A stretch of DNA of 63,635 bases, filler included, from Aduncisulcus paluster (taxonomy: Eukaryota), in the NCBI GenBank assembly GCA_024181965.1. It is 8 parts of 8 records of this genome, joined end to end, with 100 filler letters (N's around TTAATTAATTAA, not from the genome) between each part and the next. Parts side by side here need not be neighbours in the genome. Positions count along the whole stretch, not along the records: positions 6,249 to 37,438 come from BQXS01011795.1; positions 37,539 to 40,107 come from BQXS01011796.1; positions 40,208 to 42,402 come from BQXS01011797.1; positions 42,503 to 45,791 come from BQXS01011798.1; positions 45,892 to 48,176 come from BQXS01011799.1; 3 more parts are not named here. One strand, given 5' to 3'. The position numbers and the translations under genes were made by a program. Below, in pieces: positions 33,250 to 45,991 of this stretch. Each line of letters begins with the position of its first letter. The stretch's first letter is position 1. The notes below the pieces were generated by a model that was given only the letters and a program-made list of their open reading frames with translations, was not told the origin of the DNA and did no database searches.

Positions 33250-36200
33250 ATGTATTTATTTTACGATTTAGATGATAAGTCGCCCACAAATCCCGAGATT
33301 CTAGTTGTGTCTGTTAATGATGGGATCTCTGATTCGCAATCAACCAAAGATTTCTTCTCGGGAAAAGATACAAAAGATTCTATTGAAAAAATTAAGGACA
33401 GAGTTCAAACATTTAGATCACCAGCACCTCAAACTAAACTTGAAGTTGATGATTCTCCGAATCCTGATTGTTTATTGCTTGTTAATGATGAAGATCCCAC
33501 GTCTAAAATACGATTAGCCATGAAGAAATTATCGATAACTCCTGTTGGGTGTATTGTTGGAGCTGTTGCTATCGATGGCATTGATGATGAAGACCCTCTT
33601 GTGGCTTTGGTGAATTTTAAGAAGGTTGCATATAAAATGAATGACATCATTAAGAATTGTCCTTTTTTTGCTTGTGTTGGTGCTTCACATCTTGCCTCAA
33701 TTGCTCAGCTTTCTTCTCACATTTGTGGTGTAATTTTGACTATTTCTTCCAATCTTGATGCATTGATGATAAGAAAAGCCCTCATATTAGCTTTTCAATT
33801 ATTTCCTCCGCAACATGTTTTAGTTTTGACTCACTTAGATTCTTCACTTCCCATGGAACAATTTTTTTGGGTCATGGATCGGAAAAATCTCTCTATCAAT
33901 AGTTGGGAAATTAATAAGAGTAACTATGCCGCAGAGTTAATAAGGTCTGATATTTCATTTAATCCTTCGATTCCAATAGACAGTAATGTTTCGTCTGGTC
34001 CTACAATCACTGATGAATCAGCTCGTGTTAAGTGTCCCGATATTGGAACTGATCCCGAGTCTGCTGCACACGCACGGCTTTTTTATTCACCATTCTCCTC
34101 TCTGTCTCCCTTCTTGTGTTTCTCATGGTGTGATTCTACGGGTGTTAATTCTTCCCTTGTTTTCCCTCTGCTCTCTGATATTATCAAAAGTACTCGAAGC
34201 TCCGTTCGAAGGTGTGAATTATCTTCTGTGACATATCGAACTTCGGATATCAAAGCTGGAATCATCTCAAAAAAGATGAAAACATCGAAAAAAAAGGATG
34301 ATTCATCTCGAATTATTGCTACTGAAGAAGATTTGTTCGATCGATTATATGGAACTTCTTGTTTTAAAGTGAAGAAAAAGATTCGTGATTATTTAAGAAC
34401 TCACGATATTAAATCGGATACTGATTCCCCATTGTGGAAAGGGAGTTCAATAAGTCAAAGAGAATCGTCCATTTACTATGATATCGACAACCTTCTTCAA
34501 GAGGATGAGTGGATGTTCCTATCTTCTGCCATGCTCATTGGACTGGATGTTACTCCGCCAAACGTTGAGAATGATATTGAGAGTGCCAGTAGTTGTATCA
34601 TTTCTCCCATAATTCGGACTTCTTCTCTTTCCCAAGGACTTCGTTCTGCAGAGGTGAGTATATTATCCGCGAAGCCTGGGGAAGTTGAAGTTGGAGAAGG
34701 TGATGTGAGTCTTCTGTCTGAAACGAAAGATGAACTCCCTTTAATTGATAAAACGAAGGAGGAAGATACAATCCGAACTTCACCCATCGAGGAAGTTGAT
34801 ATTGAAACGGCTTCAGATTCACTCAGACGTTCTTACTTCAAACAAAGAACTCTATCTGCTTCGATGAGTTCTTCACCTTTGCCCTCCCCTTCTCTCCTAC
34901 GTTCGTTCTCTCTGTGGTCCCGGACAAGAGAGGTGAAGGGACCTGCTGAGTCAGTCGTTGTGAAGTATTGTGCATTGTGTAGGCTTGCTTGCATTGGATC
35001 TCTCCATGCGAGCGCTCAATTCCAACAGTTTTTGGGAATTTTATCATCATTTTGCGAAGGGGAAGATATTCTACAAATTCGAGTACTTCTTGAAGCTGTT
35101 AAAAACACAATTGAGACTGTTTCTACCCTTCATGAATGTAAGATGGTGAATCCTTCTGAAAAGCAATCAGGATTTAATTGCTCATGTTTAAACGTTGGGG
35201 CTTATTCAAGTTTGATTGCAGAATCAGCACCGTTCATTGAAATGGAGAGTCTAAGTCTCCTTCGAAGGTATCGAGAAGCAGAGATTGTATATGAATTCAG
35301 TATTGATAGAGAAGATCCAGTCACTCGTGTGAAAAAGGAGTTGATGAGGGGTGAAACGTCTGCTGAAAGGAGAAAACGGCGAAATGATTGGGTGGAGGAT
35401 AAAGTGCGCCATGGAGAAGGGAGAGAGATTGAAGCGCCAGATCTTGGAGGAATGGTAGAAGAACAAGAACAAGAGGAGGAAGATATTATTGATAAGAAAG
35501 ATGAAGAGCTTGGAGATAAGGAGGAAGAGGAGTTGAGGAATATAAGAAATGAGAGGGAAAGGATGGCAATAATGCGTGATAAGGCCTCGAAAAGGGTTGC
35601 AAGAAGTCGTGTTGGGAAGTTTATTGAGCCAGAAACATGTCCAAGTGCTGCTTTTACAAGTAGGCCAATCCTTGAAAAAGATGTAAGGACTCATTCTAAC
35701 TTTATTTTTCTGAAAATATCCTCAATTTGTCTTGTTTTGATGGTATTCCTTGGATTGATTGCTTTTTATGATCCATTTGCCATTGTTTTGTCCTCAGTTG
35801 CTACATTTTTGGGTGCCTTAATAGTTGTTAACCTTCAACGNNNNNNNNNNNNNNNNNNNNATGTAAGGACTCATTCTAACTTTATTTTTCTGAAAATATC
35901 CTCAATTTGTCTTGTTTTGATGGTATTCCTTGGATTGATTGCTTTTTATGATCCATTTGCCATTGTTTTGTCCTCAGTTGCTACATTTTTGGGTGCCTTA
36001 ATAGTTGTTAACCTTCAACGCAGTGAATCTGCAACTGAGATTGAAGATGGGATGAAATCTGTTGTCTCGGCTGCTGTTTCATCAATATTGATTGGTGCGT
36101 TTTTGTCTATTCTTAGCATTGTTGTCATTATGGCAAATATGGCTGGTCTTGCTTCTCTAAGTTTGCCGCTTTCTATTTTATTTACTGTACCATCATTTTT

Positions 36201-37438
36201 GTCCCATGCAAAGCTGTTTATTGCAACATCACTAATTCTGTTCAGTGTATCTTTGATTTTGGTTTCTGTTGCCAATTCTGTGGCATTATCTCTCTCTGTT
36301 GTCTTTTCATTGCTTTCTTTGGTGAATATCTTTGTGTACGGAAATTGGGGAATTAGATTGTTTGACAAATCAAAACATGTTGGAGCTCTTACAAACCATT
36401 CCATCTATGATGGCCTTCGAAAGAACCTGATCGTTACAAATCCTGGATTGATTCTTTCGTGTTGCAATGCTGTTATGAAAATGGGACCCAAATATGTGAA
36501 AAATAGAATACTTCATGATCCTCAGCTGAGCCAATCAGTTCAACACATTGAAGAGAAGCATTCACTGAGTGTTTTCTTTGATGTTATTGCCCAAAGTGCA
36601 ACTCGACTATCTCGAGGCATAGCTTCTCCTCCGTCTTTCCTCAGATCATCAGTGAAAGCATTTAAGTTCAACCAACAGATAACAAAACAAGGTATTGTTG
36701 TATCTTTATGTTTTTGTATCATGTTTTTCTCATTCACGATGCCATTAGCCCTGTTCACAATTGTTTCAAACATGCAAGTATCATTTCCTCTGTTTCTCAC
36801 TTGTCAATTGTCAGTTCTTGCAACTGTGGGTCTATATCAACTGACAAAATGGCTCTGTAAGAGATCAAAACTGTCCAATCGTGAGCAAAATAATGTTATT
36901 CTTCTCGTTTCAACTTGTTCTATTATCCCACTTGCGGCATTATGTGCCATTATCGTGTCTAATTCCTCATCTGTGGCTTCTTCACTGGCAATTGCCATCC
37001 ATCCATGTTTTATGTTCACTGTTCTAGTACTTAGTGCCTTGGTATCTGGCTATCAACTTGTTTTGGGAAGTTCTCAGATTTTTATTGATGAAAAGATCGT
37101 CCAGTCAACGATTGGACCATTACAATTGACATTCATTGGAGTTCTTGTGAGTTCAATCTTCTTTGCAATTTTCAAGGCTGCGTATTTGATCGTATTCCCT
37201 CCTTTACTGGCGTTTATTGGATTATTCATTACCAATTCACTGTTTTCATATGCCTACAAGTCACAAGATGATCTAAATCGTCTCGAAGAAATGGACATTC
37301 AGTTGGTGGAAAATGTTATTCAAAAATACTCGGATCGCAATTTTGATGTTGAAAATTTCGTTGATGATCAAAAGAAGAGATTTTATATAAAGAAACAACT
37401 TCTGAAGAGTATCAAATATGTCTCTGAGGAATTTAATC
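33250..37438 (+). CDS. Large multi-pass membrane protein (soluble N-terminal half, about 10-12 TM segments in the C-terminal half), 3'-partial
   Basis: Open frame of more than 4 kb with two clusters of hydrophobic helices after about 35700. 35681-35840 is duplicated across the gap. Start codon uncertain. Confidence 0.78.
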
Positions 37439-37664
37439 NNNNNNNNNNNNNNNNNNNNNNNNNNNNNNNNNNNNNNNNNNNNTTAATTAATTAANNNNNN
37501 NNNNNNNNNNNNNNNNNNNNNNNNNNNNNNNNNNNNNNCTCCCCTTCCCTAATAAATGCATCCGCGTCAAGATAGGCTGAGCCTTGTTTTGGATAGTGAT
37601 GATCCTTCGAAGAGTATAATACATTAATTTTATTTCCTAAAAATATCGAATAGTTATATAACAA

Positions 37665-40107
37665 ATGCTTCTTCGTGATTTTTCCAAGCATCCAACGAGT
37701 TATGACGGCCTCTTTGCATCGATCCAATTAAATTATTCTTTCCATTCTCTCTCTATTTTTTTTCAACAATTTACCATTTTTATTATCTTATTTCTCTCTA
37801 TTATCATCTTTGCTCATCCTATTGATGCAGAATTGGTATTTTCATCGAATAGTTATGATACCGATGAATACCAAGTTTATATTCCATGTGATTCACTTCG
37901 GTTGAATTTTTGCGCATTTTATTTTTGTGATTTTGAGATAGGTCTCTGTGATATCTCGAAGTATCAGATAGCGAGTATTGACACAGATTTTTTTGGAACT
38001 CTATATAGTGACTCTCCATGCAATGATCTTTCTGGAATGCAATATATTATTGAACCATTTTCCATTGACTTTCAATGTGACCCAATCACAAACGCAAGCG
38101 CTCTTCGTAACCTCTTCCAACTTGATACAGTTAATCTGTCAGACCCAAAAAATGGAGATTCTATTCAAAATTTTAATGATTTCCAGGCAATATCTCGACC
38201 AACTTCGATGATGGTAGATAATCACCCCGCATGTTATGATATCTCTGTGTTCTTTAGAATGTCTTCTCTAATAACGCTGGCAATTTCTGGCATTGAACAA
38301 GAATCTGGAATATGTCGAGTTGAAGCTGATGAAACCTATCTTGAATTCATCGAATCTGTTTTCCCTCTGTTATTGTATCCTCCCGATCTTGATAATACTT
38401 GTCCCATAAATGATGAGGATTCATATTCATGTTCCTCTAATGCCAATTGTCCATATTTTACTCGGAATGAAGTGTATAACTCCCTTATCAGTTCTCCTCA
38501 GAAGGAATGTTCGGCCATAGCCAAGTCCAGTGCAACAGAGAGTGGAGATCTGATCTGTTACACTGTCCATGATGACAACATTCGTTCCTATCTCATTGAC
38601 ACTTACCCTGATATCGCTGAGCCCACAGGCATGATCTCTGTTGCTTCCATTCGTTCCACTGTGTCTGGATCTCTCAATTTATCCACAGATGTAATCACTC
38701 CCTATGGCAATGTATCATCTCTCCAAGGTCTCGAGTATGCCACTGGTCTGACAGAGTTGAATCTCGATGGATATGATCTGAGTGGAAGTGATAGTGTGAG
38801 TGCGTATGACCAATTGGTTGTCAGAATCCTTGCTCAAGCTTTTTTGGATAGGGATGAAAATATATTATCTGGTCTTCAATCCTTGTCTGTGAGTGGTTGT
38901 GGAATCTTAGATCTTGAAGATATTCTTGATTTTACCCCTTCCTTTGCATCTACTACAAAGACAACCACTTTCCAGATATCTCATCTTGACTTCTCCAACA
39001 ATTCCATCAGTGACGTGTCTGTTCTCATAGGCACTCGAAGAATGTATGATAGTGATACCCTATTATCTATCAATATAAACAACAATAATTTCTGTGATAT
39101 TGAAGGAGTTGTTGCCGAACTGAAGTCCTTTTTCCCTAATCTGACCATTGTTGAGCCATACACATCTCAATCATGCATGTGTACAGATCCTGTGTCCTTC
39201 TCTGATCACCAACAATGCAGAGAGTTGTACCCCGATGAGTGGATTGTGGATTGCTGGAAAGGCTATTATTGGGACATGTCTACAAACTCCTGTGTCCTAG
39301 CAACTCCTGCCGAATCTCCATTTACGTATGATTTCTATTATATATGTCTTTTATGTGAGAAAAGTGGAAGTTCTATCTGCGTTTTGCGTGAAAATGCTGA
39401 CCATGTAACCTGTGAATGTTTGAATGGCTGGACTGGTGATAATTGTGATATCACTTGTAATTCATATGATGGTTTACCCTGTAACGGTGAAGGTGTGTGT
39501 GGATATTCATATGAACAGCAGCTTCCGTATTGCACTTGCAACTCCCAATACACAGGAGAAAGCTGTGAGATTGCATGTCCTGCATACGATGGGAAGATCT
39601 GCAATGATGCATCAATTGAATGTGTATATAGCACTGATGACAACAAAGCTTCGTGTGTATGCGATGAGAATCATTTTGGTGATACTTGTGAGTTATCCTG
39701 TCCTTCCTATGATGGAGAGTACTGTAATGCCAACGGAACGTGTGAGCTTTCGAAGGATTCATCTGAAGCCATTTGTGTCTGTGATGATAATTACTATGGT
39801 CCAAGCTGTGAGGCTTCATGTCCTGTATACAACGATATAATATGCTACGATCGTGGGACATGTTCATATGACGAAGACAAAGATGTTGCTGAGTGTTCCT
39901 GTGACGAGGGTTATGTTGGAGATGCTTGTGAATTCTCTTGCCCTTATTACCAGGGAGAAGTATGCAGTGACCATGGGACATGCGTGTATTCCGATGAGCA
40001 AGGAGCAGCTGCTTGTTCCTGTGATGAGGGATATGTCGATGACCTTTGTTCCACTCCCTGTCCACAATATGATGATCTTGTCTGTGGTGACAATGGGACA
40101 TGCGTGT
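37665..40107 (+). CDS. Secreted/surface LRR + tandem EGF-like Cys-rich protein, 3'-partial
   Basis: Hydrophobic signal FTIFIILFLSIIIFA; LRR units (LQGLEYATGLTELNL, LQSLSVSGCGI, ISHLDFSNNSISDV); about 5-6 repeats of CPxYxGxxCxxxGxC...CxCDxxYxGxxC from about 39410. Confidence 0.88.
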
Positions 40108-40207
40108 NNNNNNNNNNNNNNNNNNNNNNNNNNNNNNNNNNNNNNNNNNNNTTAATTAATTAANNNNNNNNNNNNNNNNNNNNNNNNNNNNNNNNNNNNN
40201 NNNNNNN

Positions 40208-42402
40208 GGACGAATTTCAATACATCATCAACGGGGAAATGATATGAATACTGGTTTAGAGATAGCAACGAAGCATAGATTTGTCTTGTCAGTTTCCACC
40301 CTTCTATTTGACCCATATTCTTCAGAGTGAGATTGATTTTCAACGATAGTTTCTTCAGAGTACGCATTTCACTGTTACACGAAGACACTGAAGATGAAGA
40401 GGAAGAGGAAGTGTCAAACTCCTGGTCAGGTGCAACACAAAAGGGGAAAGGAGGTGTCCTCAAAACAGAAGATATGGGAATATATGAAGGTTGGTACAGA
40501 ACTGTTGGTGAGAAGAAAGAGGAAGTATGTACTATAGATGGAACATTACAAGTCGAGAGAGAACGATGAATTAAAGATCGGCAATCGCAGAAATCAGATG
40601 AACGAAGAACACAAGTCTCGGTCGGAGTGTCTCTGTTACCACCAATCTGTTGTTTAGGAATGGGAATCGGTGACACTGATTTGTTCATCTTTGAGGATCC
40701 ATGATATTCATCAGGAACAAGATATTTACATAATTTGTCCTCATTTTCACAGCATGGCAATGAACAAGATATATCAGATGCCAGTCTTGAATATCTCCTT
40801 GCTGTCATTGATAAATCTCTCTGTTGCTCTGAGATCATTGAAGCAATCAAGACTCGCTTATTACTTCCAACAAACTTCTTGCCATGTGATCCACATCCAC
40901 ATACGTGTCTGTGTAAATGGCCACTCTTTGTCATATGCAATGACAATGATGAATCAGAATCTTTGTTGGGGTTCAGATAAATCGTAACTTTTGACTTGTT
41001 ATCTGTCTGTGCTGTTGATTTCACGACATATGGCATTTTTTTCTCCTCTTCCATTGAAATTATTTCTTCTTGAACCATCTTTGTGCTCTCATATTTATCT
41101 TTATCTTTGGTATCTGTATCAATATCTTTGGTATCTTTATCATGGTGTTCTTCACTAATGGATATACTATCATCATCACTTCGCTTAAACTGTTCTTTGG
41201 CTTCCACTGGCTCTTCTTCTTGCTCTTCTTTCTCTTCTTTTCCCTTCTCATGGTCGACAATAACACCACTGGTCAAATGAGATGTTGAATGTTGCAACGG
41301 ATGATCAGAGTGAGCTTGCTGATTTGACTGATGTTGTGTTGTTTGTTGGTGATCGTAAATAGAAGACTCAGACTGATAATATTGAGGATTCGATGAAGAA
41401 ATGCTATTTATAGGTAAAATTATTCGATCTTCTTCCTCAAATTGGTCACACTGAAGCCGCTCATATAAATATCGTTCAGTATTCTTAACACAAGACTCAC
41501 ATGAAGAATGGTATGAGGAATAAATTGAAGAAGGAGAATCAATATCTCTTACTCTTATAGATGGACTCATAATCATTCGGTATGAAGAATGTCGGTATTT
41601 CCTCTTTTCTCTTCCTCTACAACTACTGCTTTCTATCTCATCCGGTATAAATGACTTCAAATGTCTTCGAGAACGACTCCACTCGTGTGAATGTGGCATC
41701 AATCGATGATGTGATGATCCACAAACAGATAAAGATTCCTTTTGTTTATCTTTACCGCGTGATATAATATCTTCATTGTCATTGTGAAGGTTTGAATAGT
41801 AGGTTTTATATTGAGAGTGGCGATGATTTGAATATGACAATGAAGATGGCATTTCATACCAATCCCCAAGACCACACAGAACAACATTCCTTCGAATATG
41901 TGATGGGGGAAATCTAAATCCTTCAGTCATGAGCAGGGACAATTCTCTTTGTTTGTTATTATTGTTATTGCTCCTTTTGCTTCCTTGTCTCTCTCTCTCT
42001 ATATTCTTTGAATGATTTGAACAGGAAACTCTATCGTGAATCGATGGAGTTTTGGAATACCCTGAAGAAAGACCACCATTAACAGAAGGTGAAGGAGAGA
42101 TGTCAGAAACCTTTGAAAGGCTTGAAGAAGGAGAAGCAAGAGGAGAGAGAGAGGAAGGATACGATGGGAGTGGTGGCGAACAAGAAGAAGAAGAAGAAGA
42201 ACAAGAAGAAGAAGAAGAAGAAGAAGAAGAAGAAGAAGAAGAAGAAGACGTGATGTTTGGTATTTCTTTATCTTCCAATTCTTCATTACTTTGATCCTTG
42301 CGTTGTTCTTCAGTAAAGCCAAGTGCAAGAGCAGCTGAAAACGTTGTGATAGCAGGTAGTGGGGATGAGGATATTTTGGAATTAGAGGAATTAGAGGAAG
42401 CT
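40208..42402 (-). CDS. Ser/His/Glu-rich low-complexity hypothetical protein, partial at both ends
   Basis: The frame appears open across the whole small contig (ORF 40152-42278 plus upstream codons); no domain recognised. Confidence 0.65.
42178..42248. repeat. (GAA)n microsatellite encoding poly-Ser on the minus strand
   Basis: About 23 GAA units with two CAA interruptions. Confidence 0.95.
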
Positions 42403-42502
42403 NNNNNNNNNNNNNNNNNNNNNNNNNNNNNNNNNNNNNNNNNNNNTTAATTAATTAANNNNNNNNNNNNNNNNNNNNNNNNNNNNNNNNNNNNNNNNNN
42501 NN

Positions 42503-42905
42503 TGGCCTGGGCATGCAATTGGGCTGGAGTGAAATGTGGAGCTGTAGCAGATGAGTCTTCACAGTTATGATGATGATGATGATGTAATCCAAACGACTGC
42601 CCAAGAGAAACTTGTTGCTGAGGGGAACTACAACTATCCTTTTCTTTTCTATGACTATCCATATGTCCTCTCTTTTCATCCTCATGGGTAGTATGATGGT
42701 GTGGAATGGAGAGAGCAGAAGAAGGAGAGGAAGGAAGAGCTTTGATGATTCCAATATGACCAACCTTCTTTTGCGACCAAATCGAAGCTCTTGAATGCCA
42801 TTGAAAGATAAAGCTGAGATTTGAGGATGAATCTGACGATTGTGGTGGCTGGGAATATGCTACCAAAAAGAAATTCTTTACGGGATAAACATTGATAAAA
42901 GGCAA
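42503..42905 (-). CDS. Partial hypothetical protein (Ser/His-rich), start unresolved
   Basis: Open frame running into the contig end, with composition like the neighbouring contig's ORF; no in-frame ATG near the 5' end. Confidence 0.45.
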
Positions 42906-43127
42906 TGTAGCTCAACCAAAATAAACATAATATTTTCAAGATAATTCCATTTTTAATTTCATCTTCCGATTTAATTTCTGGAAATGACAAAAAAGTGAAA
43001 CAAAAAAAATGAGGAGACACCATCTCAGTGTATCCGAGAAGCTTCCACAAAACTACATTTTATTTTTTATTATCTTTTCTTTGCATACCTCTTGAAAATT
43101 TTTCCCACATAATACCCATATATCTCC

Positions 43128-45021
43128 ATGACGTCCGATTTTATTACACATCCTCCATCTTGGCTAAGATCATTACGACCAAAGTCATCCCGTGACAAAG
43201 TTCCTCCAAACCCGGACTATTTTTCGAAATGGAATTGTAGAATTATGGAGTCAGACAATCCTTCAATCGCAGAATTAAAAATATTTTGCGAGATTGTGAA
43301 GAAATCCTCTGCTCCTGAAAAAGAACAACATTGTTACATATTTTCCGAACGTATTGGTAAAATAATTTCTTCAGTTGTCGCACAGAAACCCCCTTTGATG
43401 TTCGCTGTAATGCAAGGAGCTCCTTTATACCGTGAAGAGTCCCAAAAAGTTGTTATTGCCTGTGAAATTCTTTCTTTCTTGATGCTACCAACCCTCAAGG
43501 ATGGTAAAAACGAATTCATTGATCATATCCACCGAAATTGGTTACTTTCTGATTTTTTTTATCCTCTCACAATTCTTGAAACAAAAGGATATCCTATTTC
43601 CAAGTATTTATTTTCTTTTTGTATTAATTATATCACATATACGAAGAAACGTGCCAAAAAAGCTGCAAATGGTATCATTGAAGGTCTGTCACCTTTGCTT
43701 GCTCGTTCTTTCCGTCGCTTTGAAACCCTCTCTCAATCTACTCGAATATCTGTTATTACCCTTTGTTCGCAAGCGATTATTGAATATCCTTGCACAAAGA
43801 ATTCGATTGCAGATGTTATTTTCCCATGTCTTTTCCACCTTTTGTCCCAACCATTGACATGTCAAGATCTTGGAAACGTCATATCCATGCTCTCAAACTT
43901 GACCTCACCCATTGTATTCGATGTAGATGATCACAGGGAGCCCATCGTTGGCGATTATCACATTTGTTCTCGATTTGACCCCCAAATTGTCTCGAGTCTG
44001 CATAGACTGTCTGTGACACGTTTTCGAGGTGCCAATATAAAATATGCTCCAACTTTGCCCAGACTTTTTGCACATTTGAGTTGTGACAAATCAGTTGCTG
44101 ACAGCTTGGTTATCTCTATTAATCCGTTACTCAGAGACTGGATATGTTATTTTTCCTCGCATGATGATGATAGTCAAGGTATTGTTTATTGTGCCCAGTT
44201 GCTTTGTGCTTTCTGTGAACAATCGCCAAAATTCATCAGTGATGGAAGTGCTTCGCGTTATGCAAGCCAAATTGAAGCTCTAAATTCAAGGCGTCTTGGA
44301 AGATTTTACTTTCGATTCTTCACAAGCGTATGCCATCCAAAACATGCAGCAATTTTCGAAAAGAAAATAGATGAAATGAAAAAACGCCATGCAAGTGAAA
44401 TTAGAGAATTACAGACTCAAGTCTTAATATTACAGAGTGTTTCATGCCCATATTATCCAGTTCAGACCGATTTATCTCCTATNNNNNNNNNNNNNNNNNN
44501 NNCAAGGTATTGTTTATTGTGCCCAGTTGCTTTGTGCTTTCTGTGAACAATCGCCAAAATTCATCAGTGATGGAAGTGCTTCGCGTTATGCAAGCCAAAT
44601 TGAAGCTCTAAATTCAAGGCGTCTTGGAAGATTTTACTTTCGATTCTTCACAAGCGTATGCCATCCAAAACATGCAGCAATTTTCGAAAAGAAAATAGAT
44701 GAAATGAAAAAACGCCATGCAAGTGAAATTAGAGAATTACAGACTCAAGTCTTAATATTACAGAGTGTTTCATGCCCATATTATCCAGTTCAGACCGATT
44801 TATCTCCTATTTCATCGGAAGAAGAGATTATTGATGTTAAAGACACCGATTCTAATATAGATTACACAGTGTCAACATCATCAGCATGGGAACACTATGT
44901 TTCTTTACGAGACATAAAAAGGAAAGAACGAGCAAGGAAATTATTTCCCTCATTTTACCATGATTGCAGTATAGTATATGGAAAACGACGCCATTCTAAT
45001 TACAATAGTGGAGAATTCTAA
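43128..45021 (+). CDS. Hypothetical alpha-helical (ARM-like) protein with a short C-terminal coiled coil
   Basis: ORFs 43128 and 44437 join after collapsing the duplicate 44175-44482 that is repeated from 44503. Confidence 0.78.
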
Positions 45022-45121
45022 ATAATAGTAACCCATTGAGTTTATGGATAAACTTATTATTATTTTCATCTATGATTTAAATCCTCTCCAAATGTCGAAG
45101 CATCTTGATTGATAATCCCGA

Positions 45122-45406
45122 ATGTTTGTTATTTTCTTATTATATAATGTATTACATATTTTTTTTTTTTTTTTACATATTTACTCTCAGTTGGATCTCC
45201 ATGAATGGGTCCCCGAGGAAACCGACGAACTCGCCACCAAGGATGATATATTTAGCTTCGACCGATCATTTACGGCCCGAACCGGTAGTTTTGGCGGTAG
45301 TATTGGCAGAGATGGCAGTGTTGGTCTCATTGATGATGGTCTTAATGCCGTCGAGGACGATGGCGACTTCCATATGGAGTGGATGAACATTCAATATGAC
45401 GAATAG
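45122..45406 (+). CDS. Small acidic protein; the 5' part is either a signal peptide or an intron tail
   Basis: 45191-45406 is GC-richer with G-starting codons (LDLHEWVPEETDEL...EWMNIQYDE*). It is preceded by a poly-T tract and CAG, but is also open from ATG 45122. Confidence 0.45.
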   Translation: MFVIFLLYNVLHIFFFFLHIYSQLDLHEWVPEETDELATKDDIFSFDRSFTARTGSFGGSIGRDGSVGLIDDGLNAVEDDGDFHMEWMNIQYDE

Positions 45407-45649
45407 TGGATTTATGTCCAATATTTGTCTTCAACAGTGAGATATTATACTAGGATTCTTCTGATTTTTTATTCGCAAGAAATATCAATAATAAACACCT
45501 TTCCATCTTCCTCATGTGTCATGTTCTTCTTTTTTCAAGATGTTTTTCCCCCCCTTTATTATTTTGTGTGTGCAGATTCCTCACCTCCACAAATTGGTTT
45601 TTTCAGCACCAACAAAATTCCTTGTTTTCGTGTCAATTGGAACAATACC

Positions 45650-45791
45650 ATGGCAAGCTTTTTTTCTGATTTTAGTTTTGATGGCTTCTGGAAACCGTCA
45701 TCGAAGGATTCTGGCGATATTTCCCTTTCTGATGAGCTTATAAAACGAACTGAAGCTCAGCTTGGTTTTAGACTTCCCGCATCGTATATCG
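45650..45791 (+). CDS. SMI1/KNR4 (SUKH) family protein, N-terminal fragment
   Basis: MASFFSDFSFDGFWK...LSDELIKRTEAQLGFRLPASYI matches the SUKH N-terminal motif (s.e.I...E..LG..LP.sY); cut off by the contig end. Confidence 0.8.
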
Positions 45792-45991
45792 NNNNNNNNN
45801 NNNNNNNNNNNNNNNNNNNNNNNNNNNNNNNNNNNTTAATTAATTAANNNNNNNNNNNNNNNNNNNNNNNNNNNNNNNNNNNNNNNNNNNNCTCCTTGAT
45901 CTCTTCCCCCATATTAAAGCATATCCTCCAGTTTCAGTGTCACTATTTTCTTGACTTGATCATTGTTGATTTCTACACTTTTGCTTTAATA

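Noticed and set aside
45175..45400. Minus-strand frame with an in-frame TGA and poly-A after the stop (possible selenoprotein or retrocopy)
   Set aside because: It is the antisense shadow of the more protein-like plus-strand frame, and the poly-A is that gene's upstream poly-T tract.
45892..45915. Polypurine tract and 3' LTR start of the Gypsy element
   Set aside because: GGGGGAAGAGA on the minus strand is PPT-like, but it is not followed by TG and the contig ends, so an LTR cannot be supported.
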